This document shows positions 1 through 9,464 of a stretch of 64,000 bases of DNA, in pieces; position 1 is the stretch's first letter; each line of letters opens with the position of its first letter. Source of the DNA: Parachlamydiales bacterium (GTDB lineage Bacteria; Chlamydiota; Chlamydiia; Chlamydiales; JAJFMK01); contig OY969899.1 in NCBI GenBank assembly GCA_963704365.1, forward strand, positions 792,121 to 856,120, written 5' to 3'. The notes beneath the pieces are model-generated. The model had not been told where the DNA came from and did no database searches. It saw only the letters and a list, made by a program, of their open reading frames with translations. The translations under genes were made by a program, and so were the position numbers.

Positions 1-1176
1 GGAAATCATACGCCCCAATTCTATCAAGGACCACTACAGGGCGAGGTGGAAAAGGAGGATGAGGCTGGACCTGCAGGAAGCTTTCAGCCATCAGAGCCCC
101 CTCCAGCAGAATTACCCGCTGAAGAAATCAGGACAGTTGCTGATCCGGTCCGTATTCAAAGGCAAGATGCTCTTATAGAAAGACGTATACCTGGAAACAA
201 TCTCCCCTGGCAGCGGTTGGTTCCTGGTTTTGATCTAGGTCGGGTTGCTCCCAATAGGGGATGCACTGTTTTAGTAAAAAATAAGAGAGTCTACCATGCC
301 TCCTACGACGACAAGCAGATTGTGATCAAATATGAGGATGAAAAACAAACAACCGCTGCAAGGCTTGCTTTATCTTCCAGCATCTTGAGAAATCTAAGGG
401 CATCTGCCCCTCGGGTGGAGGTTGTGAGAGACGGACAACAGATCGCCGAACTGCAAAGAGCTACAGGTGATCGTAAGGGAGGGTCTGTTGCTGTGATGAG
501 CTTTGTAAGAGGACGGGATCTTGCCGATATTGCAGCTAGTGAGGACCCCGCACAGATAAGAACACTTTCTCAGACCTCTTGTTTCCGAGAGATTGGCAGG
601 ATCACGATGATAGATTATCTCCTACATGCCAAACCCGATCGGTTGCAAAAAGATGCCTGGAACCCCAATAATCTCATGGTCAAGCCTCAGCGTTTGATGA
701 TAGGGGGCCTTCGTGTTGTAGCGATTGATAATAGTACCGATCTGATGTCCCAGAGGAGAAACGCAAATACTGGTGAGTTGGAACCTTGGGTCAGCCGAGC
801 AGAGTTAATGGAATTCAGAAACAACGCTTTCATCGGTGAGTTTTTTGAGTCCTTTATGAGATATGGGCTATTCATTTCTGCCCCTGCGGATTCTTTGAGA
901 TCAGCTTTTATACAAGGGGCCAAAATGGGAGTCTATGAGATCGTCGATCGATTTACTTCGGTTGAACAAAATGCGAGAGTTCTAGACCTGCAAAAAATAA
1001 GGCAATTTTTAATACAATCGGGTTGCGACGAAAGAAATTTGGATGCTACTGTTGCAAATATGGCAGCGAGAGTGACAGTATTCATCGAATTAAGTGGAGC
1101 AGAACACCTAAGAATGGGTACAATAGAATATTACAGAACAAGAGGCTTTGATAGTCAGCATCGCATTTTTTCATAG
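1..1176 (+). CDS. hypothetical protein, probably 5'-partial at window edge; atypical kinase-like motifs
   Basis: The frame of the listed 46..1176 ORF has no stop back to nt 1. Motifs QIVIKYEDE, MSFVRGRDL, IDYLLHAKPDRLQKDAWNPNNLMV and VVAIDNS are spaced like the beta3-Lys, hinge, catalytic-loop D/N and DFG-equivalent of protein-kinase-like/PI3-4K-like folds. This is a motif-level call only. Confidence 0.6.
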   Translation, partial: GNHTPQFYQGPLQGEVEKEDEAGPAGSFQPSEPPPAELPAEEIRTVADPVRIQRQDALIERRIPGNNLPWQRLVPGFDLGRVAPNRGCTVLVKNKRVYHASYDDKQIVIKYEDEKQTTAARLALSSSILRNLRASAPRVEVVRDGQQIAELQRATGDRKGGSVAVMSFVRGRDLADIAASEDPAQIRTLSQTSCFREIGRITMIDYLLHAKPDRLQKDAWNPNNLMVKPQRLMIGGLRVVAIDNSTDLMSQRRNANTGELEPWVSRAELMEFRNNAFIGEFFESFMRYGLFISAPADSLRSAFIQGAKMGVYEIVDRFTSVEQNARVLDLQKIRQFLIQSGCDERNLDATVANMAARVTVFIELSGAEHLRMGTIEYYRTRGFDSQHRIFS

Positions 1177-1184
1177 GAGTTAAA

Positions 1185-1724
1185 ATGAGCGCCATTAGTT
1201 TCCAAGATCTACAGCCCTGCATTTCACATTTGACTATAGGTGGCACTAATCTTTTGGGCCTGTTTAAACAACGGATGCCATTGACTAACCTCACCTTTCC
1301 ATTGGCCGATCTTCTCATCGTTTGCTTCAACAAGCGAATAAAGGCACTTGAGACGAGCTGGGATCCTGAACAAAAAACCTTAGCTGCCATCGAAGAAAGG
1401 AATGTCAAACACCTTACTCCCCTTGTAAAGGCTCATCTCTCGAAAGTGCTTAACGACCAGAAAAAAGATCCTGAATTTCTTAACATTCGAGCCATTTTGG
1501 CTTCAATTCGACTTTTAAGCAAGGTCCACCTTGAAGGGGTTGATCAAAAAACTTTGATCAAAGCTTGGGTTCAAAAGGCTCGTGAGGCCATCCAGAGGCT
1601 TCCTATCTCCCATAATGAGCCTCTTATGTTGTTGGACAATCCTGTTTTATTGGAAGGGAACAATAAAAAGACCAAGGCGATTGTTGAAAAGGTCTTAAAG
1701 CTCCTTCCCCCCATGATCTATTAG
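1185..1724 (+). CDS. hypothetical protein (179 aa)
   Basis: The ATG lies 8 nt after the upstream stop and is preceded by GGAG (taggagttaaaATG), suggesting co-transcription with the kinase-like gene. No domain recognised. Confidence 0.55.
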   Translation: MSAISFQDLQPCISHLTIGGTNLLGLFKQRMPLTNLTFPLADLLIVCFNKRIKALETSWDPEQKTLAAIEERNVKHLTPLVKAHLSKVLNDQKKDPEFLNIRAILASIRLLSKVHLEGVDQKTLIKAWVQKAREAIQRLPISHNEPLMLLDNPVLLEGNNKKTKAIVEKVLKLLPPMIY

Positions 1725-1942
1725 ATCTGGTTTCGGAAGGCCGGCATTCTCACATTGCTCTGGACGATCGACCATCAAGCTACTTAACATCCCCCTCTAA
1801 GAATGGGGTCAAGAATTGACATTCGGATTGGAGGTTTGCACGCACTGGGTTAATCGATTTAAAAGTGTTCTCTGGGAAGCAAAAATTGTTCTAATTTTAA
1901 AATGGAACGTTCTAGAATGTCTCTCTAACCTTAAGGTTTATT

Positions 1943-2299
1943 ATGTCAATATCTCCTTCATCACCTTTAGCTTCCCAACCTCCACTAGGGGTTTTTCCAA
2001 GCCAAAATCTTTCCATGACTCAAGCTGATTCACAAGCAACTGAAGTGGTTGTGCCACCAGAAATGACAGACGATATCGAAGTTTTACGGCAAACGATCCA
2101 AGAACTTAGGCTTCTGACAGGTCAATTAAGAATTGAGAATGCCCAGTTGGTTGTTAGAAACCTACATCTTGAGAATCTATTGAATGCTCATTTGCAAAGT
2201 CAATCACAGGTTCCCACCCAGACGACTCTTGTACAGCAAACTTTACCTAGTGACAGTGGACTAGGAGATCCCTCTCAATTATCTTCTCAATCAATTTAA
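1943..2299 (+). CDS. hypothetical S/Q/L-rich protein with a heptad-like segment
   Basis: 118-aa ORF. The segment DIEVLRQTIQELRLLTGQLRIENAQLVVRNLHLENLL looks like a coiled coil. No homology recognised. Confidence 0.45.
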   Translation: MSISPSSPLASQPPLGVFPSQNLSMTQADSQATEVVVPPEMTDDIEVLRQTIQELRLLTGQLRIENAQLVVRNLHLENLLNAHLQSQSQVPTQTTLVQQTLPSDSGLGDPSQLSSQSI

Positions 2300-2318
2300 C
2301 AAGATCAAAGGCCAAATC

Positions 2319-2472
2319 ATGTCCAAATGTCAGACCTGGCCCCAGCATAGAACTTTTGAATGATGGGCTTTCCATCTTGCCTTTTACTTTTTCTAGACAT
2401 GTTCTGTCTCCTCTTTTTGAGAAAATAGTGACAAGGGTTAACTCTCAGCTCAACCTGGGGCTTAGACAATGC
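2319..2472. repeat. intergenic repeat, copy 1 (second copy at 43790-43876)
   Basis: atgtccaaatgtcagacctggcccc and ctcagctcaacctggggcttagacaatgc here match atgtccgaatgtcaggcttgaccccc and ctccaagctcaacttgccttagcacaat near 43.8 kb, aligned by eye. Confidence 0.6.
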
Positions 2473-4812
2473 TTACTTTTCAGGTGCATCTTCAAACATA
2501 ACAAGGCATGAAGCAACTTTTAGATTTTCTCTTATTGCGTTTAATTGAAAATGGTCTTTTGGCAGAAAACGCTCTCCGATTTCAAGCCCAGTGGTATAGA
2601 CTGAAACGGCATTGCCGTAATCTTTTTGACATAAGTACACAGTTGCTAAACCATAATAAGAGTCTACTGAAAGCTGTCCAATATGGAGCATATCTTCTAT
2701 TGCGCTAACAGCTAAAAGATCATAACAAACTGCCATGGCTTGATTATAATATGCGATAGCACTTTCATAATTGTTTTGTCCTACAGAGATGAATCCCAAG
2801 TTATTTAGATACATAAGAGAATCTTTATGGGATTTCAACTTATTAGATATCGTAAGCGAATTTGTCACGCATTCATTAGCTTTATCAAAGTTCAGTATCT
2901 TGGAGTAAAGAGTAGAGAGATCGAAGCACAATTTGGCATCATCCATTTCAGGCTCACTGTAAAGCTCTCTTCGGAGTTGAATAACTGCTTCCATATGATC
3001 GATCACTTTGAGAGTATGTTCTGAAGAGAAAAGTGTAGCAGCAGCTTTCGTATGTGTTTTAAGCAGAATTTCATTGATTTCGGTAAGAAAGTTTTGGGAA
3101 AACTTAGTGTTGTGGCCCAAAGCCTGCTTAAAAAAGTTAATTCCTTCGTCAAAATTTGACATGTCACAATAGGTCAGACCTATATTCAGAAGGGTTTTAA
3201 TAACCGCATCGTGTTCATTCTGCTCCCTAAAATACTCCAAGACAGTTTGAAAATGGGAGATTGCTTGGAGAGGGTTGCCTTTATCAGCTAATCCAATAGC
3301 AACATTGGTTAAGCCATCCATTTGTCGCCGTTTTAGAGCTACATCAATCTTTTGTATATCTTCAGGAGTTGGATAGATGGCAAGCAGCTTTGCCGTTTTT
3401 AGGCTTTCTCTTAATGCCATGAGCTTAGGATCGTCGTTTTGAAAAACTTTCATTCCGAACTTTTCTGCAGATTGATAAAACATGACAGCTTCATAAAAGT
3501 TTTCTAGTTTAATTGAGGTGTTACCACCTCCATTAAATGAATGGAAAGCAAGTTCTTCAATTTCAGGACAATTTGATACGTATTGCTCTCTCAGAAGAAG
3601 ATCAACAATTGCAATTGCCTCCATGTAATATTTGTGGGCATTTGTACATTCATCATGGCGCAAATAAAGTACAGCTAATTGATTTAATGCCCTAATAATA
3701 TCTGAGACAGATTCTAGTTCTCTTGCAATTTTCAAGCCTGTATTTGCATAGTCAATAGCTTTTTCAAATTTATCTTCTTCAAAATGAAGAAAAGCTAAAT
3801 CATACAAATAATAGGAATCATCTTTTTCCGGCTTTCCATAAAGCTCTTTTCTGAGTTGTAAGATTGACTCAATATGATAGATTGCTTTCGGTCTATCTAC
3901 AGCGAAGTGCCTGTTTGAGAGGATCACATGGGTTTTTATTAGATGGTTTCTGATAACTGTTTCATGTTCATTATGATATTTCGTACTGTAATCTAATGCC
4001 TCCATAAAATAATTGAGACTTGCTGCATAGTCCTGAGCAAAATCTGAGGTGACTCCAAGATTTACAAGAGTCCTGACGACGTCCTGATGTGAACCCTCTT
4101 CTCTGTATAATTTTAAGGTCTTTTTATAAAAATAAATAGCAGCCCCTAGTTTGCGGGTACCTGCTAGACCTAGAGCGAAACTGCTCATTGCATCTAAATA
4201 GATTCTTGCTTGATCGCGAACATTTATTTTCCTGCTCAATCTTAGAGCCTTTTCAAAAAAGTTCAGCGCTTGTTTAAAATCTTTTTCATCTCTTGCGTTG
4301 AAGCCACTAGTAGTTAGTTTTTCGATCTCGTTAATATATTCCATGTCTTGTTCAGTGGATTTTAAGACAGTGATCGTGGTGTCATTAAATTTTAAAAAAT
4401 ACGCTTCAGTTAAAGCTTCAGAAGCTTCTTTGAAAGATGGGGGTGAGGAGAGAGACGGTAGACCATTAACTTGTACTACATTTAGGCCATGGTACCCAAC
4501 AATCTGTCCTCCTTTATTTGAAAGTGGAGTAAAAGAGTGTCTGTAGACGAGATAAAGATCTCCATCCTGAAGAAGAATGTTTGAAAATGGCAAAGAGTGG
4601 CGAGCGCTTGGAGTATGAAGTACTTCAACAGAGTTAATTAAAGGAGTGATGTGGCTACCTATTTGCCAATCTTGTAACGCATTGAATGCCTTTCGACTAA
4701 AGGCGGTAGGCCCCCTTTTTTTTGTGGAATCGAGCCAGGGCGCTTTGTTGTGAAGACATAAAAGAACTAAGGAGTTGTGGGCTGGCAAAATAGACATTAA
4801 AAATTCCTGCAA
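2473..4812 (-). CDS. TPR-repeat protein
   Basis: 779-aa ORF with many 34-aa TPR-like units (A/Y/F-x-x-A spacing, e.g. ALNFFEKALRL, AIYFYKKTLKLY, AIAYYNQAMAV) after a non-TPR N-terminal domain. The listed start is TTG at 4812. The first ATG is at 4797. Confidence 0.85.
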   Translation of the reverse strand: MQEFLMSILPAHNSLVLLCLHNKAPWLDSTKKRGPTAFSRKAFNALQDWQIGSHITPLINSVEVLHTPSARHSLPFSNILLQDGDLYLVYRHSFTPLSNKGGQIVGYHGLNVVQVNGLPSLSSPPSFKEASEALTEAYFLKFNDTTITVLKSTEQDMEYINEIEKLTTSGFNARDEKDFKQALNFFEKALRLSRKINVRDQARIYLDAMSSFALGLAGTRKLGAAIYFYKKTLKLYREEGSHQDVVRTLVNLGVTSDFAQDYAASLNYFMEALDYSTKYHNEHETVIRNHLIKTHVILSNRHFAVDRPKAIYHIESILQLRKELYGKPEKDDSYYLYDLAFLHFEEDKFEKAIDYANTGLKIARELESVSDIIRALNQLAVLYLRHDECTNAHKYYMEAIAIVDLLLREQYVSNCPEIEELAFHSFNGGGNTSIKLENFYEAVMFYQSAEKFGMKVFQNDDPKLMALRESLKTAKLLAIYPTPEDIQKIDVALKRRQMDGLTNVAIGLADKGNPLQAISHFQTVLEYFREQNEHDAVIKTLLNIGLTYCDMSNFDEGINFFKQALGHNTKFSQNFLTEINEILLKTHTKAAATLFSSEHTLKVIDHMEAVIQLRRELYSEPEMDDAKLCFDLSTLYSKILNFDKANECVTNSLTISNKLKSHKDSLMYLNNLGFISVGQNNYESAIAYYNQAMAVCYDLLAVSAIEDMLHIGQLSVDSYYGLATVYLCQKDYGNAVSVYTTGLEIGERFLPKDHFQLNAIRENLKVASCLVMFEDAPEK

Positions 4813-5148
4813 ATTTCTAATAATACATTAAAATTATTTTGTTTTCAATTGTTTAATGAATAAGCATAATAGGTGAAATGCTCGTATCACCCACCTGAAC
4901 AGCAAGATGAAATTGCTCATAAAACAAAAGGCATGGACAGAACGTCCAAACCTTTCTACACCTTCCTGCATCAACAGGCACATACGACATCTCTCTTGGT
5001 GTTTGAGAAAAAAATGGGTTGCCCCTCATTGCCTCTCAACATGACTTGATATCAGTCTTGACCACAACATTTTATTCTAATCTAAAACGATTAGCTCACC
5101 ATATGCAAGTGTCGACTTAAGCTGGAAGATGGGGGTTTGAGGTTTGAC

Positions 5149-5493
5149 CTAAGCCCCGGCCATTTTCATAGCGCTTTGGGTTGACAATAACTTTAGGCCG
5201 ACAATTCCAGCGAGAATCAAAACGAAACAAAAGATTCTCATTAGGCTACTATCTTCTCCAAGAAAAAACATACCATATGCTGCTGTTCCAATGGCTCCTA
5301 TTCCTACCCAGACTGCATAGGCAGTTCCAATCGGTACAGTTCTAGCCGCTAGTGAAAGCAGATACATGCTAAGCGAGATGAATACTAGGCAAAATAAACT
5401 GGGGCCAAAGCGGGTGAACCCCTCCGTTTTGGGCATTGCAGCTGCATAAAATATTTCTGTCATGCCCGCTAGTACCAGATAAACCCAATCCAT
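5149..5493 (-). CDS. sugE: SMR-family small multidrug resistance protein, SugE/Gdx-like
   Basis: 114 aa with 4 TM segments. It is collinear with E. coli SugE as I recall it (AGMTEI.., VPIGTAYAVWVGIGAIGTA, GIVGLKL). Confidence 0.9.
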   Translation of the reverse strand: MDWVYLVLAGMTEIFYAAAMPKTEGFTRFGPSLFCLVFISLSMYLLSLAARTVPIGTAYAVWVGIGAIGTAAYGMFFLGEDSSLMRIFCFVLILAGIVGLKLLSTQSAMKMAGA

Positions 5494-5605
5494 TTTTCGC
5501 CCTTTACTTCAAAATAAAACCATTATTCTATCACATTTTATTGGCCAAGCTCAACCAAGAAAAAAAGTGGATTATTCATCAAATTTGTAGTAAAATATTA
5601 TTCAA

Positions 5606-6886
5606 ATGACGGCAAATTTTCTTTCCAAATGGACTTCGATTGGTGTCAATGACCGGCTTGTTATCAAGGACTCGTTTGACCCATATGAAAACAGTAGCAT
5701 CGGAATTCGCCCTAAAAATCGGGCGAAACATAAAAACCTCCACCATGTGATTCAGAGAATCATCTTAGAAATAGACAGCGCCAACCGTTCTAAAAAGCTC
5801 TATTTAGCTGATGTAAACGAGGAGATTTCCAAACTTGAGACCATCTTAAAAGACCGGGTCAGACGTTACGAAAAGTCTTATTGCTCGATCTACCTCCTAG
5901 CAAGAAAATGGCTGTTTCAAGAAGATCTCACAGCAGATCTTCTTGCCTTTCATCGTTTGGTTGAAAAAGCCCAAGCAGCGCGAGAAAATCACCGGGTAAA
6001 GCCATCTGCCGCGTTGCCAACACTTCCCGACCCTTTGATCCCAATAGATCACACGGCAGAGCTGGATCCCCTTTTTAGCGCCGATTTTTACCTGAAAACC
6101 TCCGAAGAGGGCCGTCTGCAGATGGTGTCCTGCTTTATCCATCTCCTCCCTCTTGCCAGTTTTTTGGGCACACCCTCGACAAAAATTCTTGAAATTCTTC
6201 CCTCCATCCCAATTGATGAAAAAGATATTGAAGGATCGAGGAAATGGGAATCACGGAAAGATTTTATCTGCAAATCAGCCATTAAACTCGTCGAAAAAAC
6301 ACTAGGACTTACATGGGAAAACGATTGGAAGATCATCTTAAAACTCTTTTTCAAAAGTGGTATGAACGACTATTTTTACCATGGGACACATGAAGTCGCC
6401 TTCGAATATATGCTCCAAAATGGATTAAAAAGCGAAAAACGGGATTTTTCACGTGAAATGTTTCAGGGATTTAGAATGTATGAAGGCATTTCAGCATTTA
6501 CCTCCACATTGTATGTTGCGGGCAACCCGACCAACTCCTTTGAATATGGCGCAAGCTCGCCTGAATGGCTTCTTCTTTTCAAGCATGATAACCAAAAAGA
6601 TCACAAAGATGACCCCTCTTATCAACGAATTGTCCAGCGCTACTCAGGGAAAACCCATTTTATCCTTATCCAAATCAAAACAGCTCCAAACGTTCGTAAA
6701 GACACTCATGATTTAACCAGAATATCTAAACTTTCCGCTCGACCGCGTCTCGCAGATCAATATGGAACTCGAGACCTCTTGATCGACCTCATCCTCCACT
6801 CCGATAACAATCGCGTTTTCAATGAATCTGCTCTGCAAATCAGCGCCTTTCGAATCCCTAATCCCCGCAACAAGGCAACTTGCTGA
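5606..6886 (+). CDS. hypothetical protein with a candidate H-Y-E ADP-ribosyltransferase-like C-terminal domain
   Basis: 426-aa ORF. Motifs FYHGT (H259), STLYVAGNPTNSFEY (Y303) and RVFNESALQISAFRI (E407) have PARP/Tpt1-like order and spacing. Motif-level only. Confidence 0.65.
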   Translation: MTANFLSKWTSIGVNDRLVIKDSFDPYENSSIGIRPKNRAKHKNLHHVIQRIILEIDSANRSKKLYLADVNEEISKLETILKDRVRRYEKSYCSIYLLARKWLFQEDLTADLLAFHRLVEKAQAARENHRVKPSAALPTLPDPLIPIDHTAELDPLFSADFYLKTSEEGRLQMVSCFIHLLPLASFLGTPSTKILEILPSIPIDEKDIEGSRKWESRKDFICKSAIKLVEKTLGLTWENDWKIILKLFFKSGMNDYFYHGTHEVAFEYMLQNGLKSEKRDFSREMFQGFRMYEGISAFTSTLYVAGNPTNSFEYGASSPEWLLLFKHDNQKDHKDDPSYQRIVQRYSGKTHFILIQIKTAPNVRKDTHDLTRISKLSARPRLADQYGTRDLLIDLILHSDNNRVFNESALQISAFRIPNPRNKATC

Positions 6887-6928
6887 TTTAAAATTGATGG
6901 AAGAGGAAACTGCCACTCATCAAATTTC

Positions 6929-7132
6929 CTAATATTGCCCAGATGAATTTGTGTTCATGGAAGGGATAGAACTTGAAGAGTTGACGTTAGGCGTTTGGGG
7001 TAACGTTTTAGGCTTTATGGAGCCCTGCGCTTTTTGCTCTTCTGGCAATAAGCCGTTAGAAGGTGTGATATAGGCGTCAGCGTGAAGAGATATGACGAAC
7101 GTTGCGGATATTAACAAGGCTTTAAGTCCCAT
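6929..7132 (-). CDS. small secreted protein, tandem paralogue 2
   Basis: Signal-peptide-like N-terminus. Shares ADAY(I/N)TPSNGLLPEEQKAQG(S/P)IKPK with the adjacent ORF at both nucleotide and protein level. Confidence 0.55.
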   Translation of the reverse strand: MGLKALLISATFVISLHADAYITPSNGLLPEEQKAQGSIKPKTLPQTPNVNSSSSIPSMNTNSSGQY

Positions 7133-7134
7133 AA

Positions 7135-7428
7135 TTATCGATTTCCTGATGAGCTATTGTTCAATATCGGAGGATTGATAGGAGAATTTGCAGGAGGAAG
7201 TGTTTTTGGCGTCGGAGGGATCAGTTTTGGTTTTATAGGACCTTGCGCTTTTTGTTCCTCAGGCAATAATCCATTGGATGGGGTATTATAGGCATCAGCC
7301 TGAAGAAGTTGCAGGGTTAATAAGCCTGCCCATATCATTAATCTTACCTTCGACAGCACCATTTTTTGACCTAAACAACCTTTCTTTCTACTAAAACCAC
7401 TTTTACGGTAGTTCAAAAAACAAAACAA
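7135..7428 (-). CDS. small secreted protein, tandem paralogue 1 (likely start ATG at 7362)
   Basis: Same conserved core as 6929..7132. The internal start MVLSKVRLMIWAGLLTLQLLQA gives a plausible signal peptide. Confidence 0.5.
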   Translation of the reverse strand: MFCFLNYRKSGFSRKKGCLGQKMVLSKVRLMIWAGLLTLQLLQADAYNTPSNGLLPEEQKAQGPIKPKLIPPTPKTLPPANSPINPPILNNSSSGNR

Positions 7429-7446
7429 GCTTTTAATTGGGCATCC

Positions 7447-7701
7447 TTAATAGTTTACACCTTTTTTGATTCGCTCCCCGACATCCTTGTCAATGTTATA
7501 CCAGTACTCAAATGCTCTCTGTAGAACAGGCTCTGATACCCCTTTCTTAAGATGTCCGACAACATTTGAAACTAGCCGATGACGTTGCGCATCGTCCATG
7601 ACTTTCCGTACCAGGTCGCCTGCTTGACTCCAGTCGTCATCGTCCTTTCTTAGGGTATAGGCGGCACGTACAAACTCCCCACTTGCATCCCACACTTCCA
7701 T
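7447..7701 (-). pseudogene. catalase C-terminal remnant
   Basis: The 84-aa ORF (..DDDDWSQAGDLVRKVMDDAQRHRLVSNVVGHLKKGVSEPVLQRAFEYWYNIDKDVGERI..) matches the last ~80 residues of small-subunit catalases. An in-frame TGA lies just upstream and no haem-binding core is present. Confidence 0.6.
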
Positions 7702-7946
7702 AGGTTTTCTTTGGCTTTCTTTTCGAATGAAAGTACGTAGAATTCATGTTAAAAAAAAGTCTCTTTAAAAGAGCTCAGCCCCCTTTTATTTGTTATTGAT
7801 GTGCAAACGGTTTGATTTTAAAATTACAACAATGGATATTTAATAATTTATTTTTAATTCACAAGTCCGAAGGCAAAAGGAGAATCTTCATGGTCGCTCT
7901 AGCAGGTTTTAACCCTGCAGAATTTTTTACGGAATGGAGTCTCCTT

Positions 7947-8366
7947 TCACAGCATCTGTTCTGAAATAAGGTTAAAATCTCTTTCAGGAATCGAAAAAAA
8001 ACCTCGCCGGAAAGGGAATCCCCATCTTTTTTTATCCCCAATAAAGGTCAACTGATCCAACAATGGGACAATGGGAACCTCTTTAGCTGGCAAAAATTTT
8101 ACATCTCTGCGGTAAGGAACAAAGTCATCGCTCATCCGAAACGAATAAGGTTCGCCCTTTTGTATTTGCCCAATCGCAGTAAAAGCGCGGCAAGGCTCTT
8201 TGCCTCCAAATAATAAAGTCGGGGAATAGTAGATGATCCAGTCGTGTGGCTTCATCAGTTTCAAAGGGGCAATCTTTCCATGACAGACCTGAAAAAATCC
8301 CCCCTCCACTCCCCTCAAAACATGCTCTTTGCTCGCAACACAAATCCAATGGCCCATTTCACTCAC
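7947..8366 (-). CDS. EVE (PUA-like) domain protein
   Basis: 139 aa with HWICVASKEHV..GFFQVCHGK..PLKLMKPHDWIIYYSP..AFTAIG..FVPYRRDV, typical of the EVE family. Overlaps the MarR gene by 8 nt, suggesting an operon. Confidence 0.85.
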   Translation of the reverse strand: MSEMGHWICVASKEHVLRGVEGGFFQVCHGKIAPLKLMKPHDWIIYYSPTLLFGGKEPCRAFTAIGQIQKGEPYSFRMSDDFVPYRRDVKFLPAKEVPIVPLLDQLTFIGDKKRWGFPFRRGFFSIPERDFNLISEQML

Positions 8367-8814
8367 TCAATTTTTGTAAGATTTCAATACATGTATCAAC
8401 ATTTCGACCCAATTTAGCAAAAAAATGGCGATCGACATTTTCGACAATAGGCAATGCTTGCTCCACAAGTTTTGCCCCTTTGGCTGTCAAACGGGAGAAC
8501 TTTGAACGCTCATCCCCTTCCCTTTGGATCCGTTCGAGCAACCCCTTATTTTCCAGAGCACGCAATACTTGTGAAGTCATGGTGATATCGGTACCGCAAT
8601 GGCGCGCCAGCTCCACTTGGGTCACCCAGGATTGATCACGCGTTAACCACCCAATGCTTGCCAAAAGGACAAATTGGGGATGTGTAAGGCCAATCGTTGC
8701 TAAAGCTGCCTCTATTTGACGGCGCCAACGGGTTGTGACCTGCCAGAGCAAAAATCCTGGACTATCTTTCGGCCCTTCAAACTGGCTGACCTTCTTCCAA
8801 GAGACATCTTTCAT
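8359..8814 (-). CDS. MarR-family transcriptional regulator
   Basis: 151 aa with a winged-HTH core (LTHPQFVLLASI..ELARHCGTDITMTSQVLRALENKGLLER). 4-nt overlap with the upstream gene. Confidence 0.9.
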   Translation of the reverse strand: MKDVSWKKVSQFEGPKDSPGFLLWQVTTRWRRQIEAALATIGLTHPQFVLLASIGWLTRDQSWVTQVELARHCGTDITMTSQVLRALENKGLLERIQREGDERSKFSRLTAKGAKLVEQALPIVENVDRHFFAKLGRNVDTCIEILQKLSE

Positions 8815-9230
8815 CTTCTTTCAGCCTTTTCCACAAGGGCCATCATTTCATTAGGCAAATTCTTTTTCATATTGCGTCCGATCAGAAAGGCAAAAAAGAA
8901 GGCAAGAGGTCCGGTCATCTCAATCTGATGGGTCACCTCTGTGATCCCATCAGAGACATTCAAGAAATGGGAGACAATGATTTTTGCTAAAGGTAATTTC
9001 GACTCATCCACAAATGTTCTCAAGGGTTCAACCACCGTCAGCTTCGTATGGACAAACGGCCCCCCTTTTGGCTTCAGAATCCCTGTTGTTCCCACTGCAA
9101 ACGGGCCCTCGATCGAGCTGTACTCAATCCCATGGTCCCAACTGTTCCAATGACTAACATCTTCCCATATCTTCCAAATAGCCGCTGGAGAGGCTTTCGT
9201 TTTCACTGTGTGCTTAATGATTAACAACAT
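8811..9230 (-). CDS. SRPBCC/polyketide-cyclase-like protein
   Basis: 139 aa. The pattern ..SPAAIWKIWEDVSHWNSWD.. is typical of the START/SRPBCC superfamily. First gene of the three-gene minus-strand operon. Confidence 0.8.
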   Translation of the reverse strand: MLLIIKHTVKTKASPAAIWKIWEDVSHWNSWDHGIEYSSIEGPFAVGTTGILKPKGGPFVHTKLTVVEPLRTFVDESKLPLAKIIVSHFLNVSDGITEVTHQIEMTGPLAFFFAFLIGRNMKKNLPNEMMALVEKAERR

Positions 9231-9464
9231 GCCAACCCTCGTTAATATACATGCACATGATAGGTATGCATACGATATAGAGTCAACAAGGAAAGGAGAG
9301 CTCCAGCTCCAATGTGAATCTCCCTCTCTTCTTTAACTTGGCCCCCTAACACTGCCCTCTAAATAACAAATACTTACGATTTAATTAAATATTAATAAAA
9401 TTTAATGATACAAACAAAACAAGAGTAGTTGTTGTTAATATTTAATCTAACTTAGGGGGATTTT

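Noticed and set aside
5494-5605. Guanidine riboswitch (ykkC/mini-ykkC type) upstream of the SugE/Gdx-like gene
   Set aside because: I read the 110-nt upstream region on the coding strand. I found no paired hairpins with ACGR loops or other recognisable riboswitch core. It is short and AT-rich.
8246-8635. Antisense ORFs nested in well-supported genes (also 24445..24765, 32670..32990, 46284..46571, 48682..49029, 21287..21620)
   Set aside because: Each lies opposite a gene with clear family motifs. The products are low-complexity or R/S/P-rich, as expected for mirror frames.
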